Shown piece by piece: positions 1 to 7,522 of a DNA stretch of 57,924 nt. This DNA comes from an uncultured Bacteroidales bacterium. Its GTDB lineage: Bacteria > Bacteroidota > Bacteroidia > Bacteroidales > WCHB1-69. Numbering within the stretch: the stretch's first letter is position 1; every line of letters starts with the position of its first letter. Both the position numbers and the translations under genes were made by a program. The notes under the pieces are model-generated. The model searched no databases. It saw only the letters and a program-made list of their open reading frames with translations, and was not told the DNA's origin. Location: positions 1-57,924 of the forward strand of contig ONQE01000026.1 in assembly GCA_900319925.1 (NCBI GenBank). Direction: 5' to 3'.

Positions 1-129
1 GTAGAGGTAGTCCCCCTGCTCACAAACAGGATCCTTCCCGCAAGAGATCATGGCTAATCCGATGACCGCAAAGAAAGCCACCACGATAACGTCTAACAAT
101 CTATTACGTTCAATGATAGTCATCATCAT
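1..129 (-). CDS. N-terminus of a putative lipoprotein (runs off the left edge)
   Basis: Manual translation MMMTIIERNRLLDVIVVAFFAVIGLAMISCGKDPVCEQGDYLY shows a hydrophobic stretch then lipobox-like MISC. Not in the ORF track because it is truncated. Confidence 0.6.
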   Translation of the reverse strand, partial: MMMTIIERNRLLDVIVVAFFAVIGLAMISCGKDPVCEQGDYLY

Positions 130-130
130 A

Positions 131-178
131 CAAATCACAAATCACAATTCACAATTCACAAATCACAAATCACAAATC
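131..178. repeat. Heptamer tandem repeat (CACAAAT/CACAATT)
   Basis: caaatcacaaatcacaattcacaattcacaaatcacaaatcacaaatc; it overlaps the last codons (VICDL*) of the adjacent gene. Confidence 0.85.
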
Positions 179-1355
179 CCACCCCCATCCGTACGCCCCA
201 AGCGCATCTTACATCGTTAATCGGGTTCAGGTTGTACAACATTCCGGTGGCTTCGGCGGAAAGCGCGAGATGGCGGATGTGGAACATCACGCCGAGCGAA
301 GCGGTGGGACCGTAATAGTTCCGCTTCGGGTAATAATGCCAGCCCTGGTCGCTCTCGAAATTGAGAGTGCGGTAGCTGTATCCGGCACCGATATGGAGGG
401 AGAACAGTTCAAGGGGGCGGACGACCAGCCCCAACTGGCCTTCGAGGTAGGTGGTCTTGGAAACGCCGGTGAGGACGTAATGCCCGTCCTCCTCGAAGGG
501 TGAGAAAGCCCCTCTGTAGTTGAAGTTGGTCATCGCGCTGAGGTACCAGCCGAAGCGTTTCACCGTGCCAATCTTGAACCCGAAGGACCATTGTGGCATG
601 GAGGTGTAGGCGGCATTAAGGGTGAAGAACGTGGTCAGTGGGTAGGTGTTGAGGAATGCCTTCCGTTTGGCCGCTCTTTCCTGTCGTTCGGCAGCCTTCT
701 CGGCGGCGAGGAGGGCCCGAATAGAGACCTTAGTGGTGTCGTTGGCGGTTGTTTGGGAGGGTGGGGGAGTGCTCCCCGCCATCCTGACGCTATCCTCCTT
801 GCTCCACACAGCTTCCTCATCATCATTGCCTAAGTCTAAGTAATCGTTATCAACCCCGCCATCGTAATCCATCGCCAGTCGGAATCCCGTGGAAGCATCG
901 TCGCCACCGAGGTAGAAGGAGGGGGTCACGTCCGGGAGGAAGCCCGTCTGGACGGCGCACGTCCATTCCGATTCCGTGGGGAGGCGGTAGTGCAGTTTCG
1001 TCTTCTGGTTGAGCCAGAAGATGAAAAGCTGCACCTCGTCGCGGGAGACATTGGTCACGGGCAGGTAGTCGTCGGCTTCTCCGTCCGGGTGGGTACCCAT
1101 GACCTCGTTCCAGAGCCGCCGCGTGACCTTGTGCTTGGCGATGTAGAATCCCTTGACGTGGGCAGAACTTGTTTGTGCGGTCGAAGCGTCGGTTGTGGGC
1201 GTGCAGGACGGCACAAAGCGCATCTCGACGAGAGGGTTGCTGTTGGGGGTGATGTCGTTTTGGGAATAGAGAAGAGGTCTAAAGACAATAGACAAAAGGC
1301 ACACTATCAACGTGATACAAAATGCCTGCCGTGATGCTGATAGGTTCTTTGCCAT
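156..1355 (-). CDS. Secreted protein with a shortened FGE-sulfatase (SUMF1-like) domain, an acidic linker and a C-terminal outer-membrane beta-barrel-like region
   Basis: FGE motifs FYIAKHKVTRRLWNEVMG, PVTNVS, YRLPTESEW and GFRLA; amphipathic strands ending WGVRMGVGF. Start re-called at MAKNLS (1355) because the ORF-track extension overlaps the neighbouring gene. Confidence 0.7.
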   Translation of the reverse strand: MAKNLSASRQAFCITLIVCLLSIVFRPLLYSQNDITPNSNPLVEMRFVPSCTPTTDASTAQTSSAHVKGFYIAKHKVTRRLWNEVMGTHPDGEADDYLPVTNVSRDEVQLFIFWLNQKTKLHYRLPTESEWTCAVQTGFLPDVTPSFYLGGDDASTGFRLAMDYDGGVDNDYLDLGNDDEEAVWSKEDSVRMAGSTPPPSQTTANDTTKVSIRALLAAEKAAERQERAAKRKAFLNTYPLTTFFTLNAAYTSMPQWSFGFKIGTVKRFGWYLSAMTNFNYRGAFSPFEEDGHYVLTGVSKTTYLEGQLGLVVRPLELFSLHIGAGYSYRTLNFESDQGWHYYPKRNYYGPTASLGVMFHIRHLALSAEATGMLYNLNPINDVRCAWGVRMGVGFVICDL

Positions 1356-1381
1356 AAAGTCCGAAATGTTTTCCAAACCCG

Positions 1382-2968
1382 CTATTCTTCCACCAACCAC
1401 GTCCCCACCGTCATCGTCTCCTGCTCGAAGGCCACGCCGACTTTGACGACCTTGCGGCCTTCGGTTTCGTAGGGCAGGGCGTAGTTCTTGCTGTTGATCT
1501 GGTCGAGGGCTTCCTGTGCCGTGCCGTTCGCCTTCAGTTCGAAGACGTAGGTGGTGTCGGGCATCTCCACCACGACGTCGGTGCGGCCGCCCGCGCACTT
1601 GACCTGGGTGCGCACATAGACGTTGAGCATCGAGAAGATCAGGTACAGCGACCATTCGTAAAACCCTTCGTAGTTCTTCACCTCCGCCAACTTCTTTTGG
1701 AAGCCTTCCACGTAAGGCAGTCCGGCGAAGTAGGCCTTCATCTCCTTCAGGGCAAGGTCTATGTCGTCCTTTTTCAGGGCTTGCCACAGTTTCAGGGCGA
1801 AGCCTTTCTGCACAATGGGCCCATCAATGCCTATGTAAGTGGGCAGCAACCCTCGTGTGAAGCCTAAGCGGACCTCGTTGTTGGGGATGCCGAGGGTGTA
1901 GATGTCCGACTCGCGATCGTAACCCTTGATGGTGATATAACCGCTTTGGTAGAGTAGCGGCAGGGCGGTTTCCATGGCTTCGGTGGGACAGTCGAAGGCG
2001 TCAGACGGCTCTTCCATGCGGTCCAGTGTGGTGATGTCGGTGCGGTAGTGCTGCATCTGTCGGATGAGGAAGGTCGGGGTGGCACTCTCGAACCAGTAGT
2101 TGGCGATATCCCTCTGGTTGAAACATTTCAGCAGACTGAACGGATTGTAAATGTCGGGAGACTTTTTGGCAAAGCGGTAACCGTCGTACTGCTTTTTCAG
2201 GTTGTCGTGCATCTCCTCGGGCGTGCATTCGTACTCTTCCGCGAGCATCGCGATGTCGGGGGCCATGTCGGTGACCAGTTCCTCTTCCGTGATGCCGCAG
2301 ATGGCCGCATATTTAGAATCCATAGAGATGTTGGTGAGGTTGTTGATGGTGGAGAAGATGCTCAGCTGCGAGAATTTGGTGATGCCGGTGATGAAGCAGA
2401 AGCGGATCATCGCCTCGTTCGCCTTCAGCTGGATGAAGAACTCCTGCATCACGTCGCGGAATCCGTCCAACAATTCCGGAAGGTGGAGCTTGTCCAACAG
2501 CGGTGCGTCGTATTCGTCGATGATGACGGCCACCTGCTTGCCGGTTTGATTGTAGGCGCGATGGATGAGCCCGCTGAACATTTTTCCAGGAGAAGTCTCC
2601 ATTTCGTCCTTCCCATATATTTCGCACAGAGGCCTCAAGATCCACATCAGGGTTTCTCGCAATGCCTCGATCGAACTTTCCGCTTTTGCTATGCTCAGGT
2701 CCACATGGATGACGGGGTGTTCTTCCCACTCCGTCTCCAGATCCATAATCTTGAGTCCTTCGAAAAGCTCTTTTTGTCCTTTGAAGTAGGAGTCCAGCGT
2801 GGTGGTTAGCAGGCTCTTGCCGAACCGGCGCGGCCGGCTGAGGAAGACGAAAGGACTCTCCTTGGTGATCTTCCAGACCAAGTCTGTCTTGTCGATATAG
2901 AGGTAGTTCTCTTTTCTCAGCCTTTCAAAGGTCTGGATTCCCACGGGGTATTTGCGGACGGTGTTCAT
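1382..2968 (-). CDS. AAA-ATPase-like + PD-(D/E)XK (PDDEXK_9-type) nuclease protein
   Basis: KYPVGIQTFERLR..YIDKT, SRPRRFGKSL (Walker A), IIDEYDAP (Walker B), GRTDVV..YVFELK..ALDQI..Y; start re-called at MNTVRK. Confidence 0.9.
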   Translation of the reverse strand: MNTVRKYPVGIQTFERLRKENYLYIDKTDLVWKITKESPFVFLSRPRRFGKSLLTTTLDSYFKGQKELFEGLKIMDLETEWEEHPVIHVDLSIAKAESSIEALRETLMWILRPLCEIYGKDEMETSPGKMFSGLIHRAYNQTGKQVAVIIDEYDAPLLDKLHLPELLDGFRDVMQEFFIQLKANEAMIRFCFITGITKFSQLSIFSTINNLTNISMDSKYAAICGITEEELVTDMAPDIAMLAEEYECTPEEMHDNLKKQYDGYRFAKKSPDIYNPFSLLKCFNQRDIANYWFESATPTFLIRQMQHYRTDITTLDRMEEPSDAFDCPTEAMETALPLLYQSGYITIKGYDRESDIYTLGIPNNEVRLGFTRGLLPTYIGIDGPIVQKGFALKLWQALKKDDIDLALKEMKAYFAGLPYVEGFQKKLAEVKNYEGFYEWSLYLIFSMLNVYVRTQVKCAGGRTDVVVEMPDTTYVFELKANGTAQEALDQINSKNYALPYETEGRKVVKVGVAFEQETMTVGTWLVEE

Positions 2969-3130
2969 GACGGACGGTTTTATCGCGGCAAAGGTACAAA
3001 TTTTTCGTTTACGGCTTCGCGTGGCGAAAATGTCGGGCGGTATCAACCTCCCACATTGCAAGTCTTTCGCAAGCCCTTCGCAAGTAGTAGCATCGCTCTT
3101 GCGCCCTGTCAGCGTCGTACCAGGCACGTC

Positions 3131-3245
3131 AGTTCTTCGATAGTTGTTCGATACTTCTTCGATACTTCTTCGATAGTTGTTCGATAGTTCTTCGTAATTT
3201 TACGGAGAACTATCGAACAACTCACGGAGAACTCACGGAGAACTC
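3131..3245. repeat. 11-bp tandem repeat array overlapping a ~23-bp-arm near-perfect palindrome
   Basis: A(G/C)TT(C/G)TTCGAT x5.8 (3131-3194); 3175-3197 pairs with 3200-3222; then (C)ACGGAGAACT x3. Confidence 0.85.
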
Positions 3246-3507
3246 GCGAGCCTGCGTGCTCTCTGATACGGCTCATATACGGTGCAAGGGCTTGGGAACG
3301 CCTGTATTGCCATCCACAAGAGCCATGTTGAGAATCAGTTTGGCCTTTGCGATTTCGATCTGTTCCTGTTTCTCGAAGTCGATGATCTCGTTCAGGAAAA
3401 GGGCTTTTGCCGCTTTGTTGAATGTTGATGTGTTTTTGATCAAAACAGTTCGACAACAGCCGTCACTGCGGCGGGAATGCAGAAGAACTGGTATGCCTTT
3501 TTTCTTA

Positions 3508-4053
3508 TCAACAGCGTAACGGATGGTTCACACTGTGCACAATATGCGGCAACATCTCGGTCAATGCCCGCTTGTCAGGATGATGGCCACATTTGAACGT
3601 GTAGGTCGGGAACAACATCGAAAGTTCGTCCTTGTATGAGAACAATTCATCGTTGGTGCCAAACAGGCATGTCACATCTTCAAACAGGTAGGAGGGCATT
3701 TGATCGTGGTATTCTCTTTGGAGATAATCCTCAAGGGGTTTGTATTTTGAACCGTCATAGCCGAGTTTGGGAAGTTCTACAGATGGCCTAAAACACACGT
3801 TTATCAGAATTCTCGGAACTGGGGGGTATAGGACAAGTGCGAAAAATGCGCCCAACGAGGAGGCGACGATTCCGTCAGGTGTTTCATCATTAATGAATTT
3901 CTCCAATTGTGCTAACCCGACTTTCGGTTCCTCCTGGCTATATTCAGTGGTGACAATCTCCATATCCGAAGAGCGCAACAGCTCGCCGAGTGTTCTGGCG
4001 GTGGTGGATTTTGGACTTGACCCGAAACCGTAAATGTAAAGAATCTTATTCAT
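3508..4053 (-). CDS. YqiA/YcfP (UPF0227) alpha/beta-hydrolase family esterase
   Basis: ILYIYGFGSSPKS, nucleophile elbow ASSLGAF, ILINVCFRP, FGTNDELF, C-terminal GHH. Confidence 0.85.
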   Translation of the reverse strand: MNKILYIYGFGSSPKSTTARTLGELLRSSDMEIVTTEYSQEEPKVGLAQLEKFINDETPDGIVASSLGAFFALVLYPPVPRILINVCFRPSVELPKLGYDGSKYKPLEDYLQREYHDQMPSYLFEDVTCLFGTNDELFSYKDELSMLFPTYTFKCGHHPDKRALTEMLPHIVHSVNHPLRC

Positions 4054-4092
4054 TTTCTTGTGTGAATAAAAATATAGAATTTGGTTCCTGTC

Positions 4093-4749
4093 TTAGTCGT
4101 TGAGATACTTTTTGAAATAGGAATAGTCGAAATTGTCATCCTCCCTTAACATAGAGGGGAAGAAAATGTTCATATAGTGGGCATACATTCTGTCATACCG
4201 TTCTTGATCTGCGTAGTTGCCGTCATCGTCTATTTCTCCCCACGGAGACCCATCCATATTGTCATTAATTTCATCAAACAAATATTCTTCGATGAAAAAC
4301 AGGTCAACCTCATCATGATGAAGAATGTCATTGTAGTACACTCCATCATCCTCATACGCTTTCGCCTTGCTTAGCGTTGGCATCCCGTCAATGCATGTGG
4401 CTTGATACCAGATGCTGACATTGCTACCAGACTCGGTGGCGGTTAGTAGCAATTGCATTAGGACATTCACGTTTTTGTCTTTCGCGAGTTTGATGCAGGT
4501 GCGCCGCACATCATCGATGGATCTCCGTGTGGGTATACCGGCAGGAAGTTTTTCAGAAATCTCAAAACTGACATCATTTTTGAGTTCTAATGTGAAATTT
4601 TCCGAATAGCGGATATCGTTGTATTGTAACTTCTTAATCCGATTTTCCAGTTCTGTTTTTATCAGAATCAATTCCTTCTGAGGAAGGGTTTTCATTCTGT
4701 CATCCAGAAAAATGATCTTCCAAAAGTCAACTATGTCATGTAAAACCAT
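4093..4749 (-). CDS. Hypothetical acidic protein; full-length paralog of the N-terminal domain of 5349-6536
   Basis: MVLHDIVDFWKIIFLDDRMK..IKTELENRIKKLQYNDIRY aligns with MALHDICDEWKILFLDDKMN..IKTELEERIKKLQYGDLRY; shared TATE.G, AK.YE, EYL.D and SPW motifs. Confidence 0.8.
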   Translation of the reverse strand: MVLHDIVDFWKIIFLDDRMKTLPQKELILIKTELENRIKKLQYNDIRYSENFTLELKNDVSFEISEKLPAGIPTRRSIDDVRRTCIKLAKDKNVNVLMQLLLTATESGSNVSIWYQATCIDGMPTLSKAKAYEDDGVYYNDILHHDEVDLFFIEEYLFDEINDNMDGSPWGEIDDDGNYADQERYDRMYAHYMNIFFPSMLREDDNFDYSYFKKYLND

Positions 4750-4797
4750 AATTGTTAGTGAGATTACCTGTACCTCTCAAGGTGTTGATGCGACCAA

Positions 4798-5175
4798 CTA
4801 TGAAATGACAATATCAGTGAAATACTCATAATGTAAATCCATACAATCGTTGTAGTAAACGAGTTGTCGGGGAACATGTGTCTTGAACGGACCATGTTTC
4901 ATACAATACGCTGCTCTTGTGATACGCTCTCGCAAAGCGATGCCATTTGGATCCTTTTCCAAATAATCAACAAAAGAGTCTGCGTCAGTATAATTGAGAG
5001 ACCTTAAGATTTTGATCTCTTCTTTCTTCATCTGCTTCTCAATATTGCTGATAAAAGTGTTTTTTGTACCGTTGTCGCTAATATCCGCATCGTAGAAAAC
5101 CTCGTCTTCGGTTTCCACGATGAATGCATCTTTAAGTTTATCTATCAATTTATACTTTCCAACCATAATATTCAA
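4798..5175 (-). CDS. Hypothetical protein (125 aa; start may be a few codons in)
   Basis: AT-rich ORF, co-oriented with the cluster, protein-like composition; no family recognised. Confidence 0.65.
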   Translation of the reverse strand: MNIMVGKYKLIDKLKDAFIVETEDEVFYDADISDNGTKNTFISNIEKQMKKEEIKILRSLNYTDADSFVDYLEKDPNGIALRERITRAAYCMKHGPFKTHVPRQLVYYNDCMDLHYEYFTDIVIS

Positions 5176-5286
5176 AGGACTTCTATGTTAAACAATTCAA
5201 TCGTTTCATTATGCCTTTGCGAAGTCCGTTAGACAAAAACACGATGATGACGATACACTGACAGTACTTTTTTTCTATGTCGGCTG

Positions 5287-5329
5287 ATTTTGAAAAAGTG
5301 GGGCTTTCGAGACCCCACTTTTTCAAAAT
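5287..5329. terminator. 17-bp perfect inverted repeat, terminator-like, downstream of the glycosylase fusion
   Basis: attttgaaaaagtgggg-N9-ccccactttttcaaaat. Confidence 0.6.
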
Positions 5330-5348
5330 GACAAACGGTTTAGTTGTC

Positions 5349-6536
5349 CTATTTTTTGAAGCCAAGCGCTTCCTTCCATCCTTCCAATTTTTTCTCGAAG
5401 GACATCGGATAGGCGTTGCTTGTGGAGGGAGCGGTCGCACACTTCTTTTCAATCTTGAAATGCTCTTCAAAATCCTTGAATGTTTTCTTGCCGTTGAACA
5501 CGAGAAGATCAATGGTTTGATGCTCATTCAGGAACCCTTCGAGGTTATTGTAAACCACATTCTTCATATTCTTGTCCGCAGATCCCTCGCGCTCGCACTG
5601 ATGCGCAAGATCCCACACGGCCACCTTGTTGGCTTTCAGGCATTCCTCCTTCTCATTGTAGTTTTGGAACTTTTTGCCCTTATTGTAGATTTGTTCCATG
5701 AATTTCCAGAAGCTGTTGGTGTGGGAAGCATAATATTCGCCGGTTTCGAGGGATTTGTTTCCGGGCATAGTGCCGAGAATGAGAATCTTAGGCTCATCGC
5801 CAACCAATGGATTCAGGCCTGTTATTTCATTACCGATGATTATTTCCGTCTTTTCCTCCGTCACTTCTTCCGTATATTTCTTGGGAATATATTGCTGGAA
5901 AGAAGCAGACAGTTCGTCTAACCACAAATCATAGAAGAATGCCTTTGCTGTGTAAGCAAAACACTTGTTATACAGCTTCTCTGCATCTTCGGTCAACTCA
6001 TTGTCTTCATCCTTCTCCCATGGGGATTCGTCAAAATTGTCCATTAACGTGTCCCACAAGTATTCTTGGATTTCCTCCTCATTAGTCTCATTTTCAAAAT
6101 CTATATCTGTAAAGAATTCACCGTCAATATTTTCGTACACTTTGGCATCCGCTTCTGATGTTTGTCCGAAAAGGACGGCTGCTTGCATCCAAATAATCAA
6201 TTCTTTACCATACTCGGTAGCCGTATTGAAGATTTGCACCATAACATTCAAATGATTTTCGAGTGCATAATTTTGGCACAACTCCAAAATATCCTTTTGC
6301 GCTTTTGGGAAAGGAGAACCTTCGGGGATGGAATATTGCTCACCCCAAAGGTGCTCATCTGTGTCATAATAACTTAATTTAAAATCATCCGCATAACGAA
6401 GATCACCATATTGGAGCTTTTTGATTCGCTCTTCCAATTCTGTTTTTATCCTGAAACGCCTCTCTTTGGGGATTATATTCATTTTGTCGTCCAAAAAAAG
6501 GATTTTCCATTCATCACAAATATCATGTAAAGCCAT
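5349..6536 (-). CDS. Fusion of an unknown acidic N-terminal domain and a C-terminal UDG-superfamily DNA-deoxyinosine (hypoxanthine) glycosylase
   Basis: C-terminal ~160 aa has PKILILGTMPGNKSLETGEYYASHTNSFW, VAVWD, CEREGSADKNM, VFNGKK and APSTSNAY, matching family-6 HDG/MUG-like motifs. Confidence 0.85.
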   Translation of the reverse strand: MALHDICDEWKILFLDDKMNIIPKERRFRIKTELEERIKKLQYGDLRYADDFKLSYYDTDEHLWGEQYSIPEGSPFPKAQKDILELCQNYALENHLNVMVQIFNTATEYGKELIIWMQAAVLFGQTSEADAKVYENIDGEFFTDIDFENETNEEEIQEYLWDTLMDNFDESPWEKDEDNELTEDAEKLYNKCFAYTAKAFFYDLWLDELSASFQQYIPKKYTEEVTEEKTEIIIGNEITGLNPLVGDEPKILILGTMPGNKSLETGEYYASHTNSFWKFMEQIYNKGKKFQNYNEKEECLKANKVAVWDLAHQCEREGSADKNMKNVVYNNLEGFLNEHQTIDLLVFNGKKTFKDFEEHFKIEKKCATAPSTSNAYPMSFEKKLEGWKEALGFKK

Positions 6537-6643
6537 ATCTTACGCGATTACCTATACATCGCAAGGTTCTAAATAATAGGATCCATATATGAACTATAGT
6601 GATCACCAGCAGGAACCCTTTAACCGGTGCCACAGTTTTTGCT

Positions 6644-6871
6644 CTATTCTTCTGTCAATTCAATGTTTGTTGAAGAGCGGATGAGGATAGACTGCTCTGC
6701 AGGAATGATGCAGACAGGAAGCAGGTGTCCGTTTGTGCGCTCACAGATTCGATATAGGTTATGCTTCAGCACCACAACCATCTCTGTTTTTGAATCCGTT
6801 GTTCCGAAGAAGCGTGTGTATTGCCTGTCCGTCACCTTCACTCCGTCTGCAAATGTTTCTATGATGACCAT
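6644..6871 (-). CDS. Small hypothetical protein (75 aa)
   Basis: Co-oriented ATG-start ORF in the AT-rich cluster. Confidence 0.5.
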   Translation of the reverse strand: MVIIETFADGVKVTDRQYTRFFGTTDSKTEMVVVLKHNLYRICERTNGHLLPVCIIPAEQSILIRSSTNIELTEE

Positions 6872-6971
6872 CCGAATAAATACTGTTTATTGGTATTAGA
6901 CTGTTATTACATATTATGGCATAAATATACGCCACAACAGAGTGTTTTTAACAAACCCAAAAAACAGGAGA

Positions 6972-7172
6972 CTATTTGTCTTTGTTGATAAAATCGATGA
7001 GCTTGTTTCCGAACTGACGGACAGTCCACTCCTTGTCGTATTCGAAGCCGACCTTTGCCGCTATTTCACGAAGAGCCGCCGTAGAGTTGTCATAAATGCG
7101 ATAGACCACGATGCTTCCGCTTTCTTCCTTTTGGATGATGTATTCACCCGAAATTGCTGATTTTGCTGCCAT
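6972..7172 (-). CDS. Small hypothetical protein (66 aa), first gene after the operator-bearing promoter
   Basis: MAAKSAISGEYIIQKEESGSIVVYRIYDNSTAALREIAAKVGFEYDKEWTVRQFGNKLIDFINKDK, preceded by an AT-rich translation-initiation region. Confidence 0.75.
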   Translation of the reverse strand: MAAKSAISGEYIIQKEESGSIVVYRIYDNSTAALREIAAKVGFEYDKEWTVRQFGNKLIDFINKDK

Positions 7173-7193
7173 AACTGTATGTTTTAAATTATT

Positions 7194-7283
7194 AAGAACG
7201 CCGTGAAATCCCTCTTCGGTGATTTCACAGCGCAAAAATAATATGTTAACCGATTGGCGGCTTGGTCCGAATTGGTCCGAATT
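7194..7283 (-). promoter_or_regulatory. Operator/promoter/leader-hairpin block, copy 1
   Basis: GGTCCGAATTGGTCCGAA at 7264-7281; -7 box TATTTTTG (minus strand, 7233-7240); hairpin GTGAAATC..GATTTCAC; 86/90 nt identical to 11751-11840. Confidence 0.8.
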
Positions 7284-7286
7284 TAC

Positions 7287-7379
7287 TCACTCCCGCTCCT
7301 GCCGCACCTCTGTCAACCCGCCTTTGTTGCCGACCACGAAGAGCGTCGGGACGTTGTTGCCGTGCACGAAGTTGTCGAG
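7287..7379 (-). pseudogene. Duplicated 3' end (30 codons + stop) of the regulator gene 13422-13994
   Basis: 87/93 nt identical to 13422-13514; reads LDNFVHGNNVPTLFVVGNKGGLTEVRQERE* versus LDNFVHGNNAPTLFVVGNKGGLTEVRRERE*. Confidence 0.9.
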
Positions 7380-7522
7380 ATTATCCCTTAGTAACCTGAA
7401 CTTTTGTAGAGAATACATAAAACTGTCCTATAACACGTTCCTCATGTTTTATATATTTTTCTTCATCATCTATAGGGAAAAGCGTAAATGCCACCACACC
7501 ATTCTTTTTGTGTAAGGTAGGT

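Noticed and set aside
1356-1787. N-terminal extension of the 543-aa ORF
   Set aside because: Overlaps the AAA/PDDEXK gene in another frame; the signal-peptide-like start is at 1355.
3273-3500. Short minus-strand frame (..LFLNEIIDFEKQEQIEIAKAKLILNMALVDG..) after the esterase
   Set aside because: Protein-like but has no convincing start or family; at best a gene remnant.
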